The notes beneath the pieces were generated by a model. The model saw only the letters and a program-made list of their open reading frames with translations, had not been told where the DNA came from and made no database searches. The translations under genes were made by a program, and so were the position numbers. DNA of 33,016 nt from Chiloscyllium plagiosum (taxonomy: Eukaryota): contig NW_025215378.1 in the NCBI RefSeq assembly GCF_004010195.1, forward strand, positions 191,751 through 224,766, in the 5' to 3' direction. Shown piece by piece: positions 32,373-33,016 of the stretch (the first letter of the stretch is position 1; each line of letters begins with the position of its first letter).

Positions 32373-32714
32373 TGTCAGTTGCTCTTTGATTTTCAGGACA
32401 TCTGAGTTAATCCAAACTGATCTTTAATAGGAACACATGTTTAGTTTAATTAGAAGCTGCTTTATTTCTGGTACTGTTCTAACTGGCCTTCCACTTATAC
32501 TCAAATCCAATATACAATTTGATGTCATGTTAACTGGCTGATTTAATGCTGTGTCAATCCTTTTATAGACAACTGAAACTTCACTACTAATTTAATACGT
32601 GACTACACACAGATACACAACAGCAAATGAAAGTAAATCAAGGAAGGGATTGTAACAGCAAAACATACTTACTTTCAAAAGGCCTGCACCATTAGTCTGT
32701 CATTATAATGTGGA

Positions 32715-33016
32715 CAGCTGCAAGAACAGCTTCTTCCCCAGGCTTCTGAATGAAGATTTTAAATGTTAATCCTGATCTCTCCCTCTCTCTTCTGCACTTT
32801 CTCTGCAGCTGAAAGATGAAAGACTTAATTTAGATTTGTTCAATACTTCAATAGATCTTTTTCTATAAATTCTGTGCCTTATTGTCTTGCTTCACAACCA
32901 CCTGATGAAGGAACAGCGCTTCAAAAGCTAGTGCCTCCAAAATAAAACCTGTTGGACTACAACCTGGTTTTGTGTGATTCTCAGCAGCTGTAACACTGTA
33001 CTCTGCACTCTGTCCT
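32715..33016 (+). mobile_element. LINE 3' remnant (Rex1/Babar-like, tentative) split by a Penelope pLTR
   Basis: aagaacagcttcttcccc (KNSFFP) and tail tgcactttctctgcagctg resuming at taacactgtactctgcac. Confidence 0.4.
32812..32977 (+). mobile_element. Penelope family B pLTR with decayed hammerhead and 13-bp TSD
   Basis: CAC-CTGATGA-A-GGAA...TTC-AAAAGCTA-GTG at 32899-32933 (GAAA changed to AAAA). TTCTC(T/A)GCAGCTG at 32799-32811 and 32978-32990. Confidence 0.8.

Overview
Repeat-dense, non-coding vertebrate DNA. The repeat families point to an elasmobranch (shark): HE1/V-SINEs, HER1/CR1-type LINEs, Deu-domain SINEs and shark-type Penelope elements. No host gene exon, rRNA, true tRNA or CRISPR array is supported. 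The ORFs with recognisable motifs are decayed retroelement fragments; the rest look like microsatellite, N-gap or chance ORFs. The most striking structure is a population of more than ten Penelope-like element (PLE) termini from three families, most carrying a minimal type I hammerhead ribozyme core (CUGANGA-N-helix II-GAAA plus a palindromic 4-nt helix III, ACGU or AGCU). Several are short fold-back insertions with 12-17 bp target-site duplications. One is a perfect 188-bp palindrome (21008-21195) with an intact ribozyme on each strand, and a sibling identical over its visible 80 bp sits inside a Neptune-type PLE at 29077-29174. The copied unit repeatedly starts a few nt upstream of the ribozyme core, not at its cleavage site. 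Between the repeats are AT-rich unique islands with Pbx-Hox (TGATNNAT) and Meis/Prep (TGACAG) motifs (about 0.85-1.13 kb and 30.4-30.9 kb), which are candidate conserved developmental enhancers. Family names come from motif recognition only, with no database search, and boundaries of old repeats are approximate.
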